From a virus (lineage: Duplodnaviria > Caudoviricetes): a stretch of DNA of 57,294 bases. Location of the stretch: positions 1 to 57,294 of the IMG/VR virus record IMGVR_UViG_3300017748_000009; one strand, written 5' to 3'. Under the pieces are notes generated by a model. It was not told the origin of the DNA, searched no databases, and saw only the letters and a program-made list of their open reading frames with translations. Numbering within the stretch: the stretch's first letter is position 1; the number at the start of each line of letters is the position of its first letter. This document shows, in pieces, positions 1-7,400 of this stretch. The position numbers and the translations under genes were made by a program.

Positions 1-123
1 ATCAAGCAAGGTGGTATACTTCCCATGCTCAAGTTTGTAATGCTCAAACTCATCCTTGTCGACTTCTATTTCTACCTCAGCAAATTTGTGGTAGACACTT
101 CGGTTTTGAATTTTTACTTTCAT
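1..123. repeat. Terminal direct repeat, copy 1 (probable circular assembly overlap)
   Basis: 1-123 is identical to 57172-57294 and falls inside a CDS. Confidence 0.95.
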
Positions 124-266
124 ATATATATATATTTAAATTGTTTTGATTTCCATTTCTTGTGCCAATATGTATACTTAGAGTCCTGAGGTCGCAAAAC
201 TATAATGCGACCCCCATTCTCTTTCTGCACACACAACACATTTGTATTCAGCTTTTTAACTATCAT
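120..266 (-). CDS. Small hypothetical early protein (48 aa)
   Basis: Manual translation MIVKKLNTNVLCVQKENGGRIIVLRPQDSKYTYWHKKWKSKQFKYIYI; its stop overlaps (ATGA) the start of the next gene at 123. Confidence 0.55.
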   Translation of the reverse strand: MIVKKLNTNVLCVQKENGGRIIVLRPQDSKYTYWHKKWKSKQFKYIYI

Positions 267-272
267 TAAATT

Positions 273-710
273 TTATTTAAAGATTTCCATTATTTGATTT
301 AACTTATCTTCAATCTCGTTATGCTTTCGATACAAATCTTGGACATTGAAGGCACTCATACGAGCATGGTTTATAAATTCTAATAATATATATGGGTTAT
401 GTTTACCTGTACCCCCAATACTCCAAGTATCTAATTTGTGTTTGGTATATTGTAAGTCATAGGTTTTCCAATCATATATTTCAAACCTACCTTTGTTACC
501 TTCGGTATCAGTTATCTCAATGACCCAAGTCATTTGAACTTTGTCATCACCTGTCTGAATTTCAGAGGGACTGCCAAAAATAAATTTCAAATCACTATAA
601 TATATATTAGTTAAGGCATCTATTTTATGCCCACCTTGAAACGATGCATTAGCTTCGTCTTCTGTGAGAACTTTAATGGTGTTCCCTTCCCATTCTGTAA
701 TTTTTCTCAT
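273..710 (-). CDS. Hypothetical early phage protein
   Basis: 145-aa ORF in the operon, with a DKV..W..IYDWK..WSIGG pattern seen in phage early proteins. Confidence 0.8.
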   Translation of the reverse strand: MRKITEWEGNTIKVLTEDEANASFQGGHKIDALTNIYYSDLKFIFGSPSEIQTGDDKVQMTWVIEITDTEGNKGRFEIYDWKTYDLQYTKHKLDTWSIGGTGKHNPYILLEFINHARMSAFNVQDLYRKHNEIEDKLNQIMEIFK

Positions 711-1072
711 AACTCTGCTTCAAAATTTAATTGGGTTTCCGTTGGGTTATTATCAAACCATTCTTTGATTTGTTTACCCATACGATAATCAGCAAATTCC
801 ATCAAGTCTTCCTGACTAACACCATATTTTTTACAGATGTCATCATTATACCCAACTTCATTGTCGAACATCTTTGTTACTCTTTTTATACATCCTGTTT
901 GCTCGATGTCATTTAACTCCTTACATATATCTTCATAGCTGTCTTCTTTGTGGACAACGTAATCAATATAGTTAGACTCTTGGCTTACGGCTCCAAACCT
1001 TTCACCTGCATCGCTGTTTTGAACGGCAAACATAAATTTTCCATCTATGTCACCTGTGTAATACCTACCCAT
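707..1072 (-). CDS. Hypothetical early protein (start revised to MGRYYTGDIDGKF)
   Basis: The longer ORF start would overlap the upstream gene and a ribozyme; ATG at 1072 follows an A-rich leader. Confidence 0.8.
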   Translation of the reverse strand: MGRYYTGDIDGKFMFAVQNSDAGERFGAVSQESNYIDYVVHKEDSYEDICKELNDIEQTGCIKRVTKMFDNEVGYNDDICKKYGVSQEDLMEFADYRMGKQIKEWFDNNPTETQLNFEAEL

Positions 1073-1094
1073 TTTTTGTAGTGTTTTTAAGTTT

Positions 1095-1157
1095 ATACTG
1101 ACTATGTAGAAGTTGTCTACATAGTTTCGCCATAATCTCAATGGCTCATCAGAGTAT
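1095..1157 (-). ncRNA. Hammerhead ribozyme, type I (HH4)
   Basis: Minus strand reads AUACU-CUGAUGA-GCCAU(ugagauu)AUGGC-GAAA-CUAUGUAGA(caacu)UCUACAUAG-UC^AGUAU. All three stems pair; predicted cut between 1100 and 1099. Confidence 0.93.
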
Positions 1158-1508
1158 TTATTTATCTCTTGACAATTCGTAATCTGTGTCGCTATTGTCA
1201 TTGCATTCAGGACAAGGAGAGGTGTTGGCAAACTCACTTTCGTAAGATGATTGCCAAACGACCCCTTCTCCATCACACACATCACACAAATCTCTTTCCT
1301 GTTCCCACTCTTCAATCAATTCATCATCAAAGAAATAGTTAGTATAGTTGGACTCGCCATCCATTACAATATCTTTAGCGTACTCTTCCATATCGTATTT
1401 ATCCATAAATAAGTTTTCAGGGTCAATATGTTCTTCGGTGTCAAGATGTAGCCACCCTAATTCGTGACCATTTGTAATCATTATTTTATCAAAAATGTAG
1501 TGTTTCAT
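1158..1508 (-). CDS. Acidic early protein with a CxxCxGxG...CxxC zinc finger
   Basis: CDVCDGEG...CPEC motif; very D/E-rich; first gene after the promoter at 1533-1564. Confidence 0.8.
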   Translation of the reverse strand: MKHYIFDKIMITNGHELGWLHLDTEEHIDPENLFMDKYDMEEYAKDIVMDGESNYTNYFFDDELIEEWEQERDLCDVCDGEGVVWQSSYESEFANTSPCPECNDNSDTDYELSRDK

Positions 1509-1532
1509 GTCTGTAGTGTTTTAAATGTTCGA

Positions 1533-1564
1533 CAAATGTACGACAAAATTTCGACATTTCCAAA
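1533..1564 (-). promoter_or_regulatory. Bacteroidota sigma70-type early promoter
   Basis: TTTG(-33)-N20-TACATTTG(-7) on the minus strand; overlaid by CGACA at 1530, 1541 and 1552. Confidence 0.85.
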
Positions 1565-1592
1565 CATTGTAGTGTTTTTTCTTATATATATA

Positions 1593-2744
1593 TTATACTT
1601 TTTCTTTTTGATTATTAAATCTATCTGCCCAACCTTCCCAATTTTCATAGCTTAACTTCTGTTGGTCGGTAACCTTCTCAAGACTAAATAAACTATCTCC
1701 AAAGTCATATACATTAAATTCAAGGCTACTTCCTGATTTGAATATTAAATCTATCTTTCTGAAGGTGTGGTTATATCTTCCATAACCTTTCTTAACAGTT
1801 GCTTTTGGATACTTCTCTTGCAACAACTCCTTAGCCTTATTAAATGCTTGTCTTTGTTTAACATAAGAGTCAAAACTCCATTGACTTTCTTTGTTGGTTT
1901 CAGCAACCTTTTTAAGCAGTCCTTTAGCTGAGTATTGTCTTTCAGTACCTACGATTGCATAGCTACAGTATTTGCCGTTTTTATAGCTTCTCCAACCATT
2001 ACTGTATGCATCTTTTGGCTCTGTCCATTCCCATTTTAAATATGGTGTTTCAACATTATAACTATTCACATATTTAAGGTATTTAACTTTAACATAAAGG
2101 TCTATGCTATGAACAGTAATAATATATTTACTATCACCTATTATAAAACTATACTCTGTTTCTCTGTCCTCTTTATCAACCTTTAGATTATCACCTTCAA
2201 CCCAACCTGCATCAATAAATGCTTGATGTTTAATTTTCTGTTCTTGGTTAATCTTTTCACCTGACTCAGCTATTTCTTTTATAGTTTTAAGATGGTTATT
2301 GGTATCCAATGGCTCTATATCCACCCAATGCTCTTTGAACTCATCAGTAACCTCTTTTTGGTCATATGGATTATTGAAGTCTATTTTGACAGTCTTCAAT
2401 GAGTCCTCAATACGTTTGATTAAATCATCTATTTGGCTCTTAGATTTCCAACCCAAAACACCTGAGCCGTTGTCATCAAAATCGCCATAGTAAAACTTGT
2501 CTGTAAACTCTTGGCTTTTTCCGTCATCAGTATCTTTAAATACTGCCACTTCAAATGAGATGTAGTACTCAGCCATATTGGGTTTGTAGTAGGACTCTTT
2601 ACCTGCCGTTGAGTACATACCCTCACCTGCTACAACCGATAGTTCATATTGACCTATTGTCAATGTACCTTGAACACCCTTCTCACCAAGAGCAGAATGG
2701 TTTTTCCAATTTATATCTTGGAAGTGGAAATTTGCTTTTTTCAT
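1593..2744 (-). CDS. Hypothetical multi-domain early protein (start revised to MKKANF)
   Basis: Long ORF; the upstream in-frame start at 2771 lies inside ribozyme HH3. Confidence 0.8.
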   Translation of the reverse strand: MKKANFHFQDINWKNHSALGEKGVQGTLTIGQYELSVVAGEGMYSTAGKESYYKPNMAEYYISFEVAVFKDTDDGKSQEFTDKFYYGDFDDNGSGVLGWKSKSQIDDLIKRIEDSLKTVKIDFNNPYDQKEVTDEFKEHWVDIEPLDTNNHLKTIKEIAESGEKINQEQKIKHQAFIDAGWVEGDNLKVDKEDRETEYSFIIGDSKYIITVHSIDLYVKVKYLKYVNSYNVETPYLKWEWTEPKDAYSNGWRSYKNGKYCSYAIVGTERQYSAKGLLKKVAETNKESQWSFDSYVKQRQAFNKAKELLQEKYPKATVKKGYGRYNHTFRKIDLIFKSGSSLEFNVYDFGDSLFSLEKVTDQQKLSYENWEGWADRFNNQKEKV

Positions 2745-2758
2745 TTTATTTGATTTTA

Positions 2759-2814
2759 AGATTAAGACCACCTATGAAGGTGGTTTCGACCTATAAGGTC
2801 TCATCAGTTAATCT
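2759..2814 (-). ncRNA. Hammerhead ribozyme, type I (HH3)
   Basis: AGAUUAA-CUGAUGA-GACC(uuaua)GGUC-GAAA-CCACC(uucaua)GGUGG-UC^UUAAUCU; predicted cut between 2766 and 2765; stem I includes the upstream stop codon. Confidence 0.94.
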
Positions 2815-3044
2815 CTCGTTGGGTAAATATCTTCCCACCCATCTACTGAGTTGGGGTAAGCATATGTTCTTGGCTCTTTGTACGGCTCTTGTTCGTAAGG
2901 CTCTACCCAAAAATCTTGTTCTCCCCATCTTTCAATACATTCTGTTGCCTCTTGTTCTGCCTCTGCTGATGTTTTAAAGCCATCTTCCTGTATTACACTC
3001 AGACCAAATTCGTCTATTGTTACTACTTTGTACATTATTTTCAT
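2808..3044 (-). CDS. Small acidic early protein
   Basis: 78-aa ORF with an AT-rich leader like that of its neighbours. Confidence 0.75.
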   Translation of the reverse strand: MKIMYKVVTIDEFGLSVIQEDGFKTSAEAEQEATECIERWGEQDFWVEPYEQEPYKEPRTYAYPNSVDGWEDIYPTRD

Positions 3045-3061
3045 GATATATATATATTAAA

Positions 3062-3415
3062 TTATAATTCTAATCTTCTCTCTTTGATGGCATCACAGAG
3101 TATCTCTCTATAGTCTTGGCTACCCCTTCTTATGGCTCCTACTACATCACCATCTAAGACGGCAGACATGAAGCCACCTTCACTTTTTTTCATGTGAAAT
3201 TTCATGTCCAACTCTTCGTTGTCCATCAGGTAATATGCACAACGACTGCCAATGTGAGAGTCTGTGCCTTGGTATAAAGCTACAAGCATTTGATACCCCT
3301 TAAATGAGGTAAGATATTCGTATTGGTGGTCTTTGTCCTTACGGCTCAAATAATGTGGAGTATAGCAATCGTTTAACTCTATTTTCATTTCGTCTTTAAA
3401 TGTTACTTTTTGCAT
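3062..3415 (-). CDS. Hypothetical early protein
   Basis: 117-aa ORF directly downstream of HH2. Confidence 0.75.
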   Translation of the reverse strand: MQKVTFKDEMKIELNDCYTPHYLSRKDKDHQYEYLTSFKGYQMLVALYQGTDSHIGSRCAYYLMDNEELDMKFHMKKSEGGFMSAVLDGDVVGAIRRGSQDYREILCDAIKERRLEL

Positions 3416-3439
3416 GATATATATATTAAATTAATATTA

Positions 3440-3488
3440 CTGTTTCGACCTTTTGGTCTCATCAGGACAGATACACATCTGCCGACAG
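3440..3488 (-). ncRNA. Hammerhead ribozyme, type III (HH2)
   Basis: CUG-UC^GGCAGA(ugugua)UCUGUC-CUGAUGA-GACC(aaaa)GGUC-GAAA-CAG; predicted cut between 3484 and 3483; preceded by hairpin GGGGUC-GAAA-GACCCC (3490-3505). Confidence 0.92.
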
Positions 3489-3514
3489 AGGGGTCTTTCG
3501 ACCCCCATTTGGAC

Positions 3515-4462
3515 TTACTCTCCAAGGATATAATCTACTGCCTTAGCTGACTTTGTCAGGGCTGATACTACTGCTTTCGCATCCTCTTTTTCAACTGCTT
3601 TCACCCATCCGTTGATATAGGCTTGACTGTTGCTTTCGTCATCTCCACAGTCTGTGCAGATACCTGCTACACCTGATAACACCATCGCACCACTCTCAGC
3701 AATTAACTCCTCAAATGCGTAATCTGCTCTGCTCTTGGTTAACATCTTTGCTGTTGTTACACCATCTCTGTTGAGCCTACTTTCGTGACCTGTGCTGTGT
3801 ACCATCTCATGAAATAATGTTTTATAGAAGTTATCAGAGTTGACAAATTGGCTCATTAACGGCATTACTATTATGTCTTTTAATGGTGAGTAACAGGCTC
3901 TGTCTCCTTCGACTTCTCTAATATCTAACTTAGGGTTGTCCTTCTTATAAACAGATACTATATTTTCTGCTGACTCGATAGGTTGAACATCTTTGTTTGT
4001 CTCTTCGTGTGGTCTCTTAGGAGTTAAACCTGTGCATTGTGCTATGTTCCATACTCTGTAGAAACGAAGATTAAAGTTAGTAAAGATGTCACTTTCGCTA
4101 CAATTTTCTGCTTTCATACATTCTCTTTTAGTCTTGTACCATTTCCCTGAGCCACCCATCGCTGTATAACTGATTAGCCAAAAATATACATCTGTTCCAC
4201 TTTCGCCCTTCTTAACTTTGCCACCTGAGGCTCCAACACTCTTGAAGGTTGACCACTCGTTGTACTCATATCCTTTGTCTGTCATCTCAGCATTTAAGAT
4301 AAAATTGTTAAACCCTTTGTAGGCTCTTCCTGAGGCATTGTTGATAGGAAAATTTAACCCTGCTTTCCATGGTTTAAACCATTGTAAGCCGTCTTTCTTT
4401 AGTCCATCGAGAAGAGTCTGCTTTACTTTCTCGGTTACATCCATTTTGATTTTCTGTGTCAT
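3515..4462 (-). CDS. ardC: ArdC-like antirestriction protein (ssDNA-binding N-domain plus zincin-like MPTase domain)
   Basis: W.KPW, N.SGRAY.G.N, W.TFK, VKKGE, LFHEMVHSTGH, YAFEELIAE and SQAYI.GW motifs. Confidence 0.92.
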   Translation of the reverse strand: MTQKIKMDVTEKVKQTLLDGLKKDGLQWFKPWKAGLNFPINNASGRAYKGFNNFILNAEMTDKGYEYNEWSTFKSVGASGGKVKKGESGTDVYFWLISYTAMGGSGKWYKTKRECMKAENCSESDIFTNFNLRFYRVWNIAQCTGLTPKRPHEETNKDVQPIESAENIVSVYKKDNPKLDIREVEGDRACYSPLKDIIVMPLMSQFVNSDNFYKTLFHEMVHSTGHESRLNRDGVTTAKMLTKSRADYAFEELIAESGAMVLSGVAGICTDCGDDESNSQAYINGWVKAVEKEDAKAVVSALTKSAKAVDYILGE

Positions 4463-4492
4463 TGTGTGTGTTTTAAATTAATATTTATTATT

Positions 4493-4544
4493 CCTGTTTC
4501 GCCTTCTTTGGCTCATCAGCACAGGGTTATCACCTGTGGACAGG
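4493..4544 (-). ncRNA. Hammerhead ribozyme, type III (HH1)
   Basis: CCUG-UC^CACAGG(ugauaac)CCUGUG-CUGAUGA-GCC(aaagaa)GGC-GAAA-CAGG; predicted cut between 4539 and 4538; preceded by hairpin GGGGCA-GAAA-UGUCCC (4545-4560). Confidence 0.93.
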
Positions 4545-4566
4545 GGGACATTTCTGCCCCTATCTG

Positions 4567-4743
4567 CTACCCCTCGAAGCCGTATAAATCGCCAAGGGTT
4601 TGGAAGATTTCATCTCTTCCGTTGTCGTATTCGATAGCTGATATAAAGCCTGATGCATAATCTCTCTCGAGTCTGTCCTCAAGAAAAAATACCTGTTGTG
4701 CCATCTCTGTTGTGTTACCTGTTGTACTGATTGAATGTGTCAT
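4567..4743 (-). CDS. First early gene, small acidic protein (58 aa)
   Basis: Manual translation MTHSISTTGNTTEMAQQVFFLEDRLERDYASGFISAIEYDNGRDEIFQTLGDLYGFEG; lies between the promoter and HH1. Confidence 0.7.
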   Translation of the reverse strand: MTHSISTTGNTTEMAQQVFFLEDRLERDYASGFISAIEYDNGRDEIFQTLGDLYGFEG

Positions 4744-4772
4744 GTTTGTTGATTTAATTATTAATATTTGTT

Positions 4773-4804
4773 CAAATGTAGTTTAAATATATATACACTC
4801 CAAA
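4773..4804 (-). promoter_or_regulatory. Main early promoter (Bacteroidota sigma70-type)
   Basis: TTTG-N20-TACATTTG on the minus strand. Confidence 0.85.
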
Positions 4805-5206
4805 CTTTTTTGCAACTAATTAATTATATTGTCTGTAACTTATTGTATGTCAGCTACTTACAGATGTTAAAAATACTGTCTTTTGTTTACTTAAATTTAG
4901 GTCTACTCTGATGGTATCGAGGGAAGGCTGTTCTCTATTCCCTTTGTTGGTATCACGTCCCACCAAGGAAGGGACACCCTGAAGAGGGGCAACACCTTAA
5001 AAAAGTTTACATGATATATATATCTAAGGGGTCAAGGCTTACAGGTTGACAAGGTCATTAGTCAATAGATAAAACGCCAAAAAATTAGGAATGCAAATTT
5101 TAAAAACAGACCCCCCCCTACGAAAAAAAAGTTGATTTCCCTGACACAGATTTTGCGTGTAGCCATAATATAACCCAATTGCTCTAAGTGTCTAAATAAA
5201 AAATCT

Positions 5207-5214
5207 TATCTTTG
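5207..5214 (+). promoter_or_regulatory. -7 promoter element TATCTTTG
   Basis: Matches TAnnTTTG, 21 nt upstream of ATG 5236. Confidence 0.65.
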
Positions 5215-5235
5215 TAAAAGACAAAAAAAATTATT

Positions 5236-5436
5236 ATGCATTTTAAAATAAAACCCTCAATGATGGGATACGATGTAAAGGATGGTAGGTTAATAAATAA
5301 CGCACCGCCTTTAACTACAGGTATTGACAGAGCAGTAATGTTAAAGAACTCTTTAAAGAGAGCAAAGAAAGTTCAGATGATAGCTGAAGGAAATGAATTA
5401 GCAAATGCTAACATAAACTTATTTAAGAAACTATAA
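5236..5436 (+). CDS. Hypothetical protein
   Basis: 66-aa ORF with its own promoter and terminator. Confidence 0.7.
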   Translation: MHFKIKPSMMGYDVKDGRLINNAPPLTTGIDRAVMLKNSLKRAKKVQMIAEGNELANANINLFKKL

Positions 5437-5499
5437 TTATAGTAGTTTGTTTGTAATGGAGTAAGTTGTTTTTAGTAGTGTTTTAACAACTTAATAATT

Positions 5500-5533
5500 A
5501 AGGGACCCTCCTCATAAGGTCCCTTTTCCTTTT
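5500..5533 (+). terminator. Intrinsic terminator
   Basis: AAGGGACC-N10-GGTCCCTT followed by a T-rich tract. Confidence 0.65.
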
Positions 5534-5560
5534 ATATAATGTTAAGTTTTATATAGTCTG

Positions 5561-5592
5561 TGTTGACTTTATGTTGACTTTGTGTTAACTTT
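5561..5592. repeat. Three tandem TGTTRACTTT repeats, 11-bp period (iteron/operator-like)
   Basis: Copies at 5561, 5572 and 5583; related copies near 5540 and 5636. Confidence 0.75.
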
Positions 5593-5750
5593 AAAATACC
5601 TAACTAACTGATAATCAATTTAATAACTATAATTATGTTGAGTTGACGACTTAAGAGGGGTCATAGACGGAAAAAAAATAATTACGATAAAGAAAAGAGA
5701 GAGAGAGTATAGCGAAAGAAATTTAACACTTGACACTTAATATAATTTAG

Positions 5751-5758
5751 TATATTTG
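5751..5758 (+). promoter_or_regulatory. -7 promoter element TATATTTG for groEL
   Basis: Matches TAnnTTTG upstream of ATG 5781. Confidence 0.65.
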
Positions 5759-5780
5759 CTTTAAATTAAATCTAATACAT

Positions 5781-7400
5781 ATGAATCCAAAAGAACTGCA
5801 CTTTGATAGTGTCGGGCGAAAGAAGCTACTTAGTGGAATAACCCAAATAGCTAAAGCTGTTAAATCTACATTAGGACCCCAAGGGAACACAGTCTTAATA
5901 GAATCACAAGAACACATAGGAGGAATTACTGTGACGAAAGATGGAGTTACAGTAGCTAAATCAATTAATCTATTAGACCCTGTAGAAAACCTAGCGGTTA
6001 GAATAATGAAGGAAGCAGCAGATAAGACTGCAACCTCAGCCGGTGATGGAACAACTACAGCCATTGTATTAACTGAAAGTTTAGTATCTAAAGGTTTAGA
6101 GCTTATAGATGAAAAAGTTAATAGAACAGAAGTATTAAAGTTATTACAAGCTGAGTCTAATACTATTGTTGGTAAATTAAAAAAGAAATCAAAAAAAATA
6201 TCCGGTAAAAAACTAAAAGACGTTGCTGTTATTTCAGCAAACAATGATGAGTTTATTGGAGACTTAATATCTAAAGTATATAATAGCGTTGGTAAAGATG
6301 GTATTGTTACAGTTGAAAAGTCAAATAATCATGAGACATATTTTGAAACGACTAAAGGTATTAAAATTGACAGGGGATATAGTTCTCCACTATTTATTAA
6401 TGACCATAAACACGATGAGTGTATATATGAAAATATAAAAGTTTTAGTAGCTGATGCCGAGATAAGTAATATACTTCAAATAGAAAATGTATTAAAACAA
6501 GTAATTAATAATAAAGACAAGTTACTTATTATTGCTCCTTGCTCTGCAGGATTTACAAACACCATGGCAGCAAATGTAATGAAGAACGGATTAAAGTTAG
6601 TTAGTATACAACCACCCGACTTTGGATACAGACAACACGAGCTTATGAATGACATAGCTCTTGCTGTTGGCGCAACATACTTTAGCGAAAAGACAGGTGA
6701 CGATTTAAGTCTCATCGGTTATGACGATTTGGGTCATTGTTCCAAGGTGATAGTTGGGCGTGATTCAACAGTCGTCATAAAAGATGAGCAAGAAAACAGC
6801 GACTTAATAAAAGAAAGAGTTAAGGAATTATGGGGTGCCCATGATATAAGTAAAAGAAAACAAGACAAATCTTTTATTGAGAAACGTATTGCATCACTTA
6901 CAGGTGGTATTGGTGTTATGTATGTTGGTGGAAACACAGACTTAGAGCAAAAAGAATTATACGATAGGGTTGATGATGCTGTATGTGCAGTAAAGTCTGC
7001 GCTAGAAGAAGGAATACTACCCGGTGGTGGAGTGAGCTTATATAGAGAAGGACTATATTATGAAAACATAAATCCCTTTATTGGTGTTGATGAGCCTAAA
7101 GAATCACACGATTATCACACAAAAAAAATTGCTTACGCAATTTTAAGCTATGCCCTTAAGTCTCCGCTACTACAAATACTTTCTAATGCAGGTATGGATA
7201 ATGATATGTATTCAATTACAGACAATCCTGACGATGGGTATGATGTAAAGAATGAGAAGTGGGGTAATATGATGTCAATGGGAATTATAGACCCAATGAA
7301 AGTTACAAGGTCTGCTTTACAAAATGCAATAAGTGTAGCGATTACATTACTATCTACAAATGCAATAGTAACCATGATAAGAAAAAAGAATGAATCATGA
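5781..7400 (+). CDS. groEL: Phage-encoded chaperonin GroEL
   Basis: TLGP.G, TKDGVTVAK, AGDGTTTA, EEGILPGGG and GIIDP.KV motifs; no GGM tail. Confidence 0.97.
   Translation: MNPKELHFDSVGRKKLLSGITQIAKAVKSTLGPQGNTVLIESQEHIGGITVTKDGVTVAKSINLLDPVENLAVRIMKEAADKTATSAGDGTTTAIVLTESLVSKGLELIDEKVNRTEVLKLLQAESNTIVGKLKKKSKKISGKKLKDVAVISANNDEFIGDLISKVYNSVGKDGIVTVEKSNNHETYFETTKGIKIDRGYSSPLFINDHKHDECIYENIKVLVADAEISNILQIENVLKQVINNKDKLLIIAPCSAGFTNTMAANVMKNGLKLVSIQPPDFGYRQHELMNDIALAVGATYFSEKTGDDLSLIGYDDLGHCSKVIVGRDSTVVIKDEQENSDLIKERVKELWGAHDISKRKQDKSFIEKRIASLTGGIGVMYVGGNTDLEQKELYDRVDDAVCAVKSALEEGILPGGGVSLYREGLYYENINPFIGVDEPKESHDYHTKKIAYAILSYALKSPLLQILSNAGMDNDMYSITDNPDDGYDVKNEKWGNMMSMGIIDPMKVTRSALQNAISVAITLLSTNAIVTMIRKKNES

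Noticed and set aside
1-123. Terminal repeat as a biological DTR
   Set aside because: It starts within a CDS and its length fits an assembler overlap; treated as evidence of circularity only.
190-212. Hairpin GGTCGCA/TGCGACC as a ribozyme or terminator
   Set aside because: No catalytic core or U tract, and it lies inside a plausible small ORF.
1073-1315. N-terminal extension of ORF 707..1315
   Set aside because: Overlaps the upstream gene and HH4; the true start is probably 1072.
2341-2530. Other CTGATGA matches on the minus strand
   Set aside because: Inside a CDS with no stem II-GAAA or flanking stems.
4979-5008. Possible fifth hammerhead on the plus strand (CTGAAGAGG...)
   Set aside because: No GAAA after stem II and no matching stem III or cleavage triplet.
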